A stretch of DNA of 64,000 nt from Lingula anatina (Eukaryota; Animalia; Brachiopoda), in the NCBI GenBank assembly GCA_051362555.1, contig CM120647.1, positions 3,968,001-4,032,000 on the forward strand, read 5' to 3'. This document shows, piece by piece, positions 35,301 through 47,602 of the stretch. Below the pieces are notes generated by a model. The model was given only the letters and a program-made list of their open reading frames with translations, was not told the origin of the DNA and made no database searches. How positions within the stretch are numbered: the stretch's first letter is position 1; every line of letters begins with the position of its first letter. A program made the translations under genes and the position numbers.

Positions 35301-38300
35301 TTCCATGTGATGCATCATTGGCATGGTTTAGTAATGCTATTGGTATTTAAAGTGCATAATTTGGTTCCTCCAGTTAGTGCAATAAAAAGTATAGATTTTT
35401 TTTAATTAAAAAGAATTAAAAAGCAGACAGCGGCAACAAGAAGAACTAGCCCAGATTCGTAATATGAAGTCCATGGGATATAGGGGAAAACATCTACTAG
35501 TATATAGTACTTAAGAGGCCGGTATACTTGATATTTCATTTTCCATTCTTTATTGATTTATATTATTTGTTTACCCCCCCCAACAGCAGAAAATCGTGAT
35601 ATAAGTGTCTGGTTTGTACTCTCCCATACGAGGTTATTGCACTGTTGAGATGTTGAAAGGAATTGTTAATTGTTTACCGACTGGATCTTTTGTGAATTCT
35701 GAAGTGAAAAGTTACACTGTTGCTGCTTGGTTGAATTCTTCTGCATCGTGGCACATAAAAATAAAGACGTCTTTATAACTGCCGTTCTGACTGACTTTGA
35801 ACTGAGGGTGACATACCGACCCCTCTCCCCCCTTTCCCTGCTTCTTAGACTACTTCATTTAGGTTTAATGTGCACTTTTATTCAGCACTGTATGAATTTT
35901 TATTGTGAATATTAAGTAATACAAAGATTACAATAATTTCTACCAAAACCTGCTACTCGCTTCATAGAAAAGAACACTGTTTGCCTTGTATAGAAGTGAA
36001 GCAATATAGATATTCTTTTAACCTACTACTGGCATCTTTCTTTACATTTTGGTGACTTTTTCTGGCTTTTAAATTTATTTTTCCCTTCATTTTCAGACTC
36101 CAGCAAAGTTTGTGCTAAGAAGAACGAGAAAAGATTTAAATAATCTGCACAAGGAAGTGGCTCACGGCAGGTAAGGGAACGAGAGAGAGAGAGAGAGAGA
36201 GGAGAGAATTTCAGAGAGAGGAAGAGGAAGAGAGAGAAAATCTCAGAGAGAGAGAGAATCTCAGAGAGAGAAAGAGAAAGAGAGTGAAAATCTCAGAGAG
36301 AGAGAGAGAAAATCTCAGAGAGAGAGAGAGAGGGAGAAAGAAAATGAGGATGTAGAACAAAGAGATAGACTTTAAAAAAAAAGAAAACAGTCCACATTGA
36401 CAATTACTGTGCTTATATCTGATTCTTTTGGTAAATACAAAAGGCTGTGAAACAAGCCTGCACACCAGCACTGCTAGAACCACAACCTGATATTTCATTT
36501 CCAAAAGCAAATATTTGCCTCCCATTAGCAAGGACTGGGTAATGCACAATTCACAATATTTGTTTTTAGAATTTAAGTAAGTCCTTAAAGCATAGTTGCT
36601 TTTTACCATGACTGTTTAGTCTAGATCGATGTCTTTTATATTTAGTGATGCAGAGGTAATCATTTGAGCAAACATCTCTTTTGAGTGAATATTTGAACAA
36701 AAGAGTGGATTTTTAGGGTTTTTCTTTAATGGACTTTATACAACTCAAAGGGCTTCAAGGCAATTTTTTAAAAGTTCATTTCAAACAATATATGGTGCAT
36801 TTAATGTTTACAATCCAATATATAAGAGCATATTTTGATAACCCATTAAATGTGCCAAAGCTTTTGTGAAAACAAACATTTAGTTTTTTTTTATTTTTTT
36901 TAATGGAGGTTATACAATAGGCGACTTGTGAGCACTTATCAGGTAATTTTAATATGATGTAGTTAAATGAACGAATTGTTAAGAAAAATAGAACATACGT
37001 CAAAGAAGATTTTATTGATATAACCACAAAGGTGTCTGGGCTTAATCTAGCACTTCTTTTGCAAAATAAATATTTCATTCTTATAAAGCGGCTGTAGAAA
37101 AAGAAAAAAAATATATGTTGCATTCATTTTACCTTAATAAGTTAAACTAAAATGTTTTATATATACCCAGTTATTTTTTTTCTGGTTGGAATGACACTTG
37201 GCTTTTTCAGATACAGAAAATTTTGTGTGAATATTTGAATTTATTGATTATTGTTGTTTAGGTTTTAAGTTCATGATTTTGTACCATCATTTTTTTTTAT
37301 CTGCTGGTAGTTTGGCAATGAAGAGTCGGGCAACATCAGACTTGAATTTTTTTTTTTTTAGCTCAGAGGTCCATAGTAGGTTTCTGAACATTCCTCTCTT
37401 GGCAGCTCTGAAGACAATTATATAATACTATAATCTAAAGGAAAACATAATTATTTGAGAAAATGTTCTATGAAACTAAAAGGAGTGCATTTTACATAAT
37501 TAGATGTTATGCCAGACATTTAATTCAATGATGCAATAATGTCTCCAATGAGAATGTCCATAAGCAGTCCAATTTCCAAGAGGTAGACTAAGGTAGATAG
37601 TATTGATATATTCTCTATGAATTATTAAGTGAATATTTTGTTCTTTGTTCTAGAAATCTGATCAGGAATGTGAAGCTGGGGCATGGATTGTTTGAAAAGC
37701 TGAGATATGAGCAGGAGATGAAGGTTTGTTAAAATGTTTTTTAAGTCAGATTTTAAAATTAAAATTGAATTATCTAAAGTTCAGAAGTTTATTTTATTTC
37801 AACTTTGGGCTAAAATTGCTAAGAGATTTCAGGTTTGGTCTGTCAAATAATTGTTAAGGAACCAAAGGCCATTTTGCAATACTTGACATGTATACACATT
37901 GTTGACAATGTATTTTTTAAAAACTCTTCTTGTATTTGAAGTATTTCATGAACTGCCAGGCCCAAAGCCAGCAATTTCAAAAGTGGAGTTTTTTTTTTTT
38001 CAAAAAAGTGGATCTTTTACAGTGAAACGTTTGTGTTAGTACCTACATCAACTTTTACCCCGAATGCCCCCTGACTACGAGCCTGACAGTGGTCAATAAT
38101 TTTAATTATGTCAATGATGTTGATAGAAAAATAATTTGTTTCTAAAGAAGTTAATATGATTTCAAAATAAATTGTTCTAAAGAACCATTTTATCACTTCA
38201 GAAGTATTATGATATTACTTTTTCATCATCACTGCTGTATACATTAGACAACAGAGAACATATTTAACTATCAGAGATATTGTACAAATATTTTAGCTTC

Positions 38301-41300
38301 AAGAGGAGGAGATGGAGAATCGCAAGCAGAGGCAGTTTGGGTTGTTAAACTGGAACCCTGATGACTCGTCCAGTGACGGAGAGACAGATGAAGAACTCGG
38401 TGAAGATGTGGAGCTTACTGGGTAAGCGGAGACTCATGGAGAGAAGCTTTTTATTTGATATTTGTTTCTCAGATGCTTTTGAATTATTACTTGATTTTAA
38501 GCTAAAGATAGATTAAATATATTTTACTGTCAGGAAGATTTCAAAGTGAAACTCTGCAATAAAGTAATCAAGATTTTAATCTACCTACATCCAAGGCTTT
38601 TATGTTTCGTGATGCAGAGTTAATCATTTGAACAAACCACTCTTTTGAGTGATTATTTGATCAGAAGAGTGTATTGTTAAGGTTTTTTATTTTAATGGAG
38701 GTCCTATGGTATATGAGGACCACTTGTGATAATCATTGGATTAACCAGTAAGTTTGAGGTTATGATATACTTGATTAATAATTGTTAAATCTTTTATGCC
38801 AGGTTTATGAGTCAAGAAGGAGGTGAAGGCAATGTGAGCCCAGAACCCTCACTTCCAGCTCCTAGTCCTGTCACCAGGAGTAGAGTGTCATTTGCTGGGT
38901 AAGTGACAGTGTCAACTGATAGATTGTATGGAGTTGTTGTGTTTAGATGAACAAATTGATAAATGTTTTGTTTTTTAGTTCTTGTAGCATGGCAGCTTTT
39001 CATATTATTTGTACAGGAGTTTGCTGTAATGTATGTGCCAATTTGCACACTTCAAATCAAATGTATATTATATAAATTTGGTATTTTGTAAAGTCTTACT
39101 GTTACATTATAGTGAACATTTTGAAAAAGTAAAAAGTTGTTATGTCCAGCTTTTATATTCAAGTAAAGAAACATATGTCTTAACTGGTCTCTTTTTATGT
39201 GAAAGTTCCAAACTAAGACCCTGAAAGTAGATATATCTATTTATTTTATTTTGTTATATTTATTCTCAGACATCCTAGCCCACGATCAGCCAGGACAGGT
39301 GCCAAGTCTGCAGCCAGTAAGAAGTCGTCCAAGACTTTGCCTCCGAGACCCTACACTGCCACGCACACTAACATCTTCAATGACGGTCCAACAACGTTGA
39401 CCACACACTCCAAGTAAGTCTTCATAAAAATTCCTCCCCAAGGAATATAATATAGAAAAAATAAGCTAAGAAAGCACCTGTTTTATCCTGTTTCAACCAT
39501 ATATATGCAACTATGATTCAGTTTGGCATTTAGTTGATGTTTTACACTATTTGTTCCATTGTTACAATTGCTATTTCGTAAGAATTGATTGAAAAATCAA
39601 TGTCACACATACAGAGTAAGAAGATGTTGAATGATACAATTTTCTATGACTGCATAGAAGAAGCTAATAATTTGTGAGTTGTGCCATTATGAATGATATT
39701 GATCTGATATTATAAAGAGAAAGGATTTTATTTAATAATTTATTTTCCTATTCAGGGAGGCCCTATTCAGACAATTGTGTGCACTGAACTGGATTCTAGA
39801 TGCAATGAACATAGACACAAACTACGCAATGGAAAACATTAACACATGCTGGAATCTCAAGTAGGTCAACATCCATGTGAATAACATTAGTTACGATATG
39901 TTTCATAAAGCACCTCTGAAAATTAATGTTCACTTACAATATAAATTGAATTGAGCTACATGAACATCAAAATATAGGCTATTGCAGTCTGAACTATTGT
40001 AGAAAGCATGTCTAAAACAATTTGATAAAGCATTTCCCCCCTGGCATAAACCTGAATATCTTAATTTATTCCTAAAGCTGAAATATTGCGATTTATGTAA
40101 CAGTTACTACTAATGTCATCAATCCCCTTCAACATAAAATAGAATATACTGTGATGTTTTAACTTCTTTACAGCACAATAGGTGGCGCTAAGATCCACAT
40201 AAAGAAGCTGGAGAGGAAAGACAGGATCGAGAGTGAATACTCCAGCTTTGTAGCCACCAAGACGCCTACCAAGGTAAGACTTCTCACATGACTGTCACCT
40301 GACTAACACATGGGAGTCACATGACTCTCATGCTACAAGGAATCTTGGGAAACCTTCTGCATATTGGACTGATGATGATCAGTATCAAAGTGGTGCAAAG
40401 CAAGCCACTAACAAGTCAGGGGCGGATTGAGTCCATCCTCTGGATTTTCCGAAATACGGCCAAATTTTTATGTTTCAATTGATGGGCATCTATTTTTTTC
40501 TGTTGGAAGACGGTCAAAAATGAAGGATGGATGAACATATTGAGATGATTTAGAAGACTGTTAGAAAATATCTCTGGATCTGCTCCTGCAAGTTTCCACC
40601 ATTCTTTTAGGGTGGTTGCTGTAACAATATGCTTAGTTATTGGCTGATTGTGCTTTAAACTACTGACTGAGTCAATTCTGTATAGATCTGAGCATGGTTG
40701 TTCACAGCTTAATTGTTTGTAATAGCATTTGTGTGTAATAATTCAACGTTATACATGTGGAATATTTTATTGTATGTTAACTACAGTGGTAAGTGTCTGG
40801 TAATGTAATAATGTGTAATTTCTTGATTTTTAACTCCACTTCACAGTGTTGTATTTTAACATGTTTTTTGGGAAGTTAATAACTTTGGCAAGTTTTTTAT
40901 TATTTTTTTATGTTATGGTGCAAAATTGTCTGGAGTCACAGACTGAGCCATATACTTCAGTATATTTAACTTGTGTGTATTCATTAATGTTCTCACAAAA
41001 TTCATATACCTCATTTATCAGTTGTAAATAATCACAAAAACATTCTCCCTGATTTTGACCCAAATTTTTTATTAGAAGTTATAAATTTTTGAATTTTTGG
41101 CTTTTTACTCACTCAGAGCATTATTTTGGTAAATACAATCATCATTTTTTCCCCAAATTTTGTCAATTTTGAATTTGTAATTTGCAAAGCATCTTTATGG
41201 TGAATATTCATTTTGCTTTGAATTTTGTGAGAGATGGCTTCAATAATATTGTGATGGTAAATAACACACTCCAGCTTGTGCTGCCATCTATACTCCTGCT

Positions 41301-44300
41301 GACAAACTAATGAATTGTCTTGCTATGTGTCAGGTGGGAACCATGATGATGGTGGGAAAGGTAGAAAACTTGGAATGCTGAGTGGATTTTTCATACCCTT
41401 GATGCTGTTGCTGTTGTTGTTGATACCCCCTCCGAATGTATTGTGAAAATTACCATGTTTTTACCACTCTACACCCCCTCCCCCCACTCCTTCCAGAAAA
41501 ATAAAGATTCATATATTCTTTATTACTTGTTTAGTTGTTTTTCCATCTCTGTATTATCTTTTACTATATTAATGCTATTGCCATTTTTTCTTTCTTAAAA
41601 TATTTAGGTCAATTTCTGTTTAACCAGCTCTTTTACTTAACATTCTTTACTTTTTTGCCCTTCTTTTGGAACACTTATATTATCTTCTGTCTATAAGTTT
41701 ACTGTGTCTGTTTTTTTATTGGTTATTTCTTTGTCATTTCTCGTCAAAACCACTGCTGTGTGAGGGATCTTCACCATTTAATGTTCCTTGACCCATCCAG
41801 ACCCTGTGCCTCCATTATAACAATCCGTTTCATTCTAAATGGGGACTATTTTAGTGTTGTTTGTGAGGTTGTCTGAGTTCTGATGATGTGATCTTACCGG
41901 TATATATTTCACAGTCCCACAATCCTTTTGAACACTTGCCTTTTTTGTGTCCATTTGTTGTGGAAGACAAACTCATCTTCTTCTCCAAATTCTTTCTCAT
42001 ATTCACTTGTCAGATAGTTGAAACAGTTAGACCTAGCTCCTCCATGGGATTATAATTTCCATTGGTACTTTGAATTAAAAGTCAAATAATATGCAAAGTT
42101 AAGAACTATATTTTTTCTTTTATTTGAGTTTTTTGTCTATGGTTTGTTGAATAAAATGGATGCTACTGTACCAGTTGCACTCACTTTCAAAGTTAAAACA
42201 TAAAATAGTTTTAGGCATCTTTTTGGTGAGTATTAGTTCTGGTTCAATGATGACCCCATGATGTGATGTTTTAAATACTCCAGATTGTGCTGCCATCTAT
42301 AGTCTTACTAACATATTTATGAATTATTTCACAGGCTCGAAGACTTCTTCGCGGAAGCAATCCAAGGCGGAAGACATCATCCACAGTCATAAGCAGTCAT
42401 TTCCCACCGAGATCACGAGAATCCAACTCTGCGGCGAGTGGCAGTCCCAAAGGTAGCGAGACTCAGCTGAACAGCGCCAGGAACGACGGACAGCATTTAG
42501 ACACAGAGGCCCCTTTCACACCTCCAATTGAAGAAGAGGAGGAGCCAGCTGACACTAAAGGTAATCCTTGCCAGGTTGATCCTTGCCTGGTTTCACAAAA
42601 AAAAAAAGTTTTCTGGCTAAGAACTTAATTACCAAGGTTACATGGTCACATGTGGACATCTTAACCTATCAGGAGCAGTGTTATAGCACTCTCATGGTTA
42701 TCCTAGTCAACTAAGCCAGAGAACTGACTTGAATTTTTATTGTGAAACTTGGGCCTGGTATATTTTGGCTTAATTCCCATTTCTCATTAACTGCTTTTAT
42801 TATCAGTTATTTGGTTACTCTTGATGTATAATTATGATTTGAATTCAGACTATTCTTAATTAATAATTTAAAATGTTTCTAGGAATCTTCAGCTTTCTGG
42901 ATGATTACTATGAGTCACTGAGCAAGGAGAAAGCTGAGCGTGAGAAAGCAGAGCAGGGAAACTCGGGAGACCCGCCACCGCCACCACCACCTAGTCAGCC
43001 AGAGAAGAAGAAAAAGAAAAAGGATAAAAAGAGGTCAATTTCTTTCTTTGAATTATCTCTCTTCCTTTTGAAGGTCAGATTGGCAAGGAATTTCCATAAA
43101 TGGTCTTACTTCTTTATTCAAATTCGTCTAAAATTTGTTTAAAAAGAATATTGTGTGATGAAGTATTGTTGAAGTATATCCATTTGTTTCTCTAGGTCTT
43201 CTGAAGGAGAGTCAGGGGTAAAATCTCCCAGAAAAACTTCCAAGAAAGCAGAGCATGCTGTGAGTATATCTGGTTGAATTTTGTCCTTGATATACTCAAG
43301 GATACAAATCTAAAACAGACATTTTTTTTTATCAGACTATATATTATAAACCAAACTGTGGATCTCACTTCTGAGTCAACCTGTAATTTCAGTGCCAGTC
43401 ACTTTAATCTGATGGTTGATTGAAAATGAAACATTTATCCTGATTATAATGATACTTTTAATGGATTGGAAAACAAAGCTGCATAAATTGTTATCCTAGA
43501 ATGTCATATTTCAAATAAATTTTTACATTCAGAGATAAGAACAATAATGCTCTGTAAAAATCATTTATGGGAAAATGTTTCTTGTTCCAAAAAATCATCA
43601 TATAAGTATTTTTTGTAACTTTTCAGTCTGGAGAAGAAAACAAGATAGCAGACACTATCTACGAGAGGACCATGTCCGCCAGAACTCTCAGGGCAAACGC
43701 TGTGCACTTACTCAGACCTAAAAGGTTTGTATGTTTAGCTAGTCCTCACGGTAACATGTGGTTAACTCTTTTGGTGACACGTTGATGATAAATTCAGTCT
43801 ATTTTCTTGTACATCCAAAATTGAACTGACAGTTGAACCTTAGTTACAGTCCTAAGAATTAAGTATGCAGTCTTACTTAATTCCACATATGAACCCTAGC
43901 AACCGTACAGCCGCCGAAAAATAGTGCCATTGTTAATGTCAAATTTAATGCATGCTCTAATTTTAATTTTGCTTTTATGGGACTGATTGACGTTTGAGCT
44001 TGTTAGGTGACTGAAGGGATAAGAGTAGAAAACATCTGTGTGTCCTGTGTTTGGGCCATCTTAATTTCATTTTTCATAAAAATTTCAGCTCTCCAGCATT
44101 GTTGGAGCTACAGGCCAATCTTCCCAGCAATAGATGGAGCCACATGGCAACAGACATGAAACTGAAGTTTGCAGAAACTGCCGAGGAGAAAGCTCTGGAA
44201 CTCCACGAAAAATTGGAGCAGATAGAAAAGTAGGTCATTTGTACTGACATTGATTTGAAATTCTTTCTACTACTGTAACTAATACAGTGAACTGTAACTG

Positions 44301-47300
44301 TTACAGTAGATCTAATGGCAACAACCTTGCATAAACTGAACATTGGCCTATTGTGTACTCATTTTTTAAGTCTTGGTCCTGTCTAAAGATAAAGAACTGA
44401 AAGTGCGAAACTGTTTAATAAAAGTGTTCACATTAAATTAAACAGATAGCCTGTTCCAACTTGTATTTTCACATGCAAATTCTACTGCTTTATGATGATT
44501 TATTTTTACTAAGAATGTTGGCAGCATTTTATGCTGTATGCTATAGACAGCCATTGATTTATCTTGAATTATGTGTAACATTCTACTGTTGAACACTGGG
44601 TAAAGTTCTGTCTAAAGTTTTAAAGGCCAAATCATTTAAATCCAGATTTAGCAATATTTCATGCTTAAAAATCAATTTTTGAAACGGAATCAGTTTTGTG
44701 ACTGAAGTTAAAAAATGAAATTAAATTTATACGATGTTAATATTGAAGAACCTAAGTCAGCAAAATGTCACTTATATTTTCAGACAAAAGTATGCCACAT
44801 GTCAGCAAAAGTTTCTGGCCATTCCATTCTCTAAAAATACAGTTCACGATGCCCTGAAGCAGATGAAGGAAGCACTGGCCGACAAAGATGCCAAGAGAGC
44901 AGAGAGACTCAAACAAAAACCAATACATTGTCAATGGTAAGTTATTTAAATTTTGACTACTAATTTGATTTTAAGCTGAATATAAATATTAGACTGCAAA
45001 CTGACCTTATACTATCTGCATGATGTCACTGTTACTATCCTTAAGATGTTGTTATTGACACTGATGTCATTGTTGGCATTATGATGTCACTGTTACTGGC
45101 ATTATGATATCATTGTTATTGTCACAATGGAGTTATTGTTGACATTGTGATGTCACTGTTACTGGCCTTATGATATCATTGTTAATGCCACTATGATGTC
45201 ATTGTTGGCATTGTGATGTCACTGTTACTGTTATTATGATGTCATAGTTATTGTCACTATGATGTCATTGTTGGCATTGTGATGTCACTGTTACTGGTAC
45301 TACGATATCATTGTTATTGTCACTATGATGTCATTGTTGGCATTGTGATGTCACTGTTAGGTATTATGATATCATTGTTATTGTCACTATGATGTCATTG
45401 TTGGCATTGAGATATCATTGTTATTGTCACTAAAGGTAAAGTGATATAATTGCTATTGACTTTGTGATGTTTTTGTCATTGATATTCTGAAGTCATGATT
45501 GCTTTTACAGTAGTGATTTAATTGTAGTGCATTTGTTATGTTTTTTTTTTTTGTCATGATATCATTGTTACTGTCATCCTTATTGTCACTGTGATGTAAT
45601 TACAATGTCATGACAAACACTGTCATTGTTGCTGTAGGTATATTGACCTGTTAACCAGTTTGATGTTATAAAAGTGTCACTGTGACAACATTGTCACTGT
45701 TTCTGCTACTGTTATGTTTACTGTTACTGTTACTGTAGGTACAGTGACCTTCTGACCACTGTGGACAGTCTTGACCTTAGCCCCAAAGACAGGATGTACT
45801 TCAGGAAAATCATGGACAAGCTGGAGAAGTATGGAAAGGTGAGGGCCCTTATATTTGATATTAAAATTAATTATGATTTGTACTAAGTTTTAAAGGGAAT
45901 TATAGAATTGACATTTTATGCTAACACTTGTGTTTGTATTTAGTCTTTTAGTGAATTGTAGAATTTACATTGCTATGCTAACAAATTTGTATTGATAAGT
46001 AACTTATTAGTGCAAGGAAGATAGAAGTGTTGGAATAAATTGTGTTATGAAATTTTTGAGCAAGTATCAATGGCATTGATTTAGAATTAAGAATTAATAT
46101 GGTGACTTGTAATTTATTATTTGTCCTTGCTGCAGTACCATGAAATCTCACACAAGGTAGTAATATTAGATGTGCCTTTGTGTCCGAGTTTTTAATTTTT
46201 AAAATAAGCATTGTTTGTCTTGTTTTATATGTTTCATTTATTTGAAATATGGATGTTGGATGCCGTAAGACTTTTTGTAATGTTCTTTTATTAATTGGTG
46301 TCGTCTGTCTCAGTCTGTATTTGTTTTTTGAAATTTTAGCATGGTTTTGGTTAATACTGTGAATACTAACAAGACGGAAAATATGTGATACTTTATATGC
46401 AGTGTCTGGTTTGTTTTGATTTTTATAAAAAATAACTTTCTTATATTATTTGTGGGTTTATGTCACTGCTGTTTTGTGAAATCTCCATTTTGCGTCATTT
46501 TTTTCTATTTTTGCTTTAATATACGTGCCAGTCATGCAACAGTTCACTTGTATTTTTTATACTGTGAGAATTATGTATGTTTTGAATTTTTACTCCCTTA
46601 AAAGTATGGTTGTGCATGTTTTAAGTTGTATTATACTTGGTTCTAAGCATCCAGTTGCAGTACATTAAGTAAATATCTTACTTTTTGAATCCGGTATCTA
46701 GTCAGTCAGTATTGGATCCAGCACATGTCTTACATTATCTAATCAGCTATAATTTGGAGGACTTTGTTTGACCACCAGGATTGGGGGTGCAACAACATAT
46801 TTTTTGAATCCAGTGATAATTTAAACAATGATAATAACATGGTTCCCAGAGCTCTTACTTTTCCTTATTTTTGGGTAGGATCCTCATACTTTGAAACAAA
46901 ACGTCCTACTTTTTCTACTTTTACTGGGCACTGAAGTGGGCTGGGTCGTATGTAAAAAATATCATAATGATGTCAATTATTTTATCTAAAACTGGACTAG
47001 ATGCCGAGGAAAAAATAATCACAAGGGCTGTGCTGGTTACTTGTGTCCTCATAGTTACCATCATTGTAATTATCCTTGGTGACGCGATGTGACTTTTTAA
47101 GCGACAAAATCAACAAAAGAGTGAAATATCATAGATCCTGTTTTTTTTTTTACATGATAAAGTGTGTAAGCAGATAAAAAAGAAAATCTCTTTTCAAGAG
47201 ACTAAAATATATTTTTCTACCTGTGAAGTACAGTGGCTTAACTATTCCTCAAAAAGCCTTGATTGCTTGACTGATGTCTATCATCATTATACTAAAGACA

Positions 47301-47602
47301 CTGAAACATGTTTTTCACAGAATGTGTAAGAACTCATCAAAATTATCTCCTTTGAATCATTTCAGATTGACAGTGGCAAGCAGACAGTTTTACACTTCCT
47401 AAAGATCCTAGAGCGTCTTCGAGACTGGGAGATTTGCAACCCAGATGTCAGCGCGGCAATTGAGTTTTGTCGCGAGCGCATCGTGGAGATGACGGTGGAG
47501 GACTTTGAGGAGTGGTTCCGGCAATACTTCCCAGCTATGAAACGACCCCAGACCGCGCCACCTGTCCTGAATTTGGAGAGAGGGAAAAAAGGAGAAAAGT
47601 GA
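32397..47602 (+). CDS. CCDC60: Coiled-coil domain-containing protein 60 (DUF4698), 17 coding exons, about 748 aa
   Basis: Phase-consistent GT-AG exons: 32397-32678, 34496-34576, 36097-36170, 37654-37723, 38297-38421, 38803-38898, 39270-39413, 39756-39860, 40174-40273, 42335-42560, 42883-43033, 43196-43259, 43627-43724, 44089-44229, 44784-44936, 45739-45838, 47366-47602 (sum 2247 nt, open to TGA). Recognisable motifs LFRQLCALNWILDAM and LRDWEICNPDVSAAIEFCRERIVEMTVEDFEEWF. Probable 5' UTR donor at 31728; AATAAA at 48571. Confidence 0.9.
40417..40588 (+). mobile_element. About 170-bp CAGGGGCGGAT-terminal MITE, older copy in a CCDC60 intron
   Basis: Homologous to 27840-28008; flanked by the direct repeat caagt. 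Confidence 0.75.
45020..45735 (+). repeat. Intronic minisatellite, unit of about 18-21 bp (gatgtcattgttggcatt / gatgtcactgttactgg)
   Basis: Many degenerate units running up to the exon 16 acceptor. Confidence 0.9.

Noticed and set aside
36211-36609. 132-aa minus-strand ORF, and similar ORFs at 59256-59626 and 60279-60470
   Set aside because: They are kept open by low-complexity GA/CT/CA microsatellites.
36645-36710. C/D-box snoRNA in a CCDC60 intron
   Set aside because: The C box is imperfect (GTGATGC) and no properly placed CTGA D box with a terminal stem was seen.
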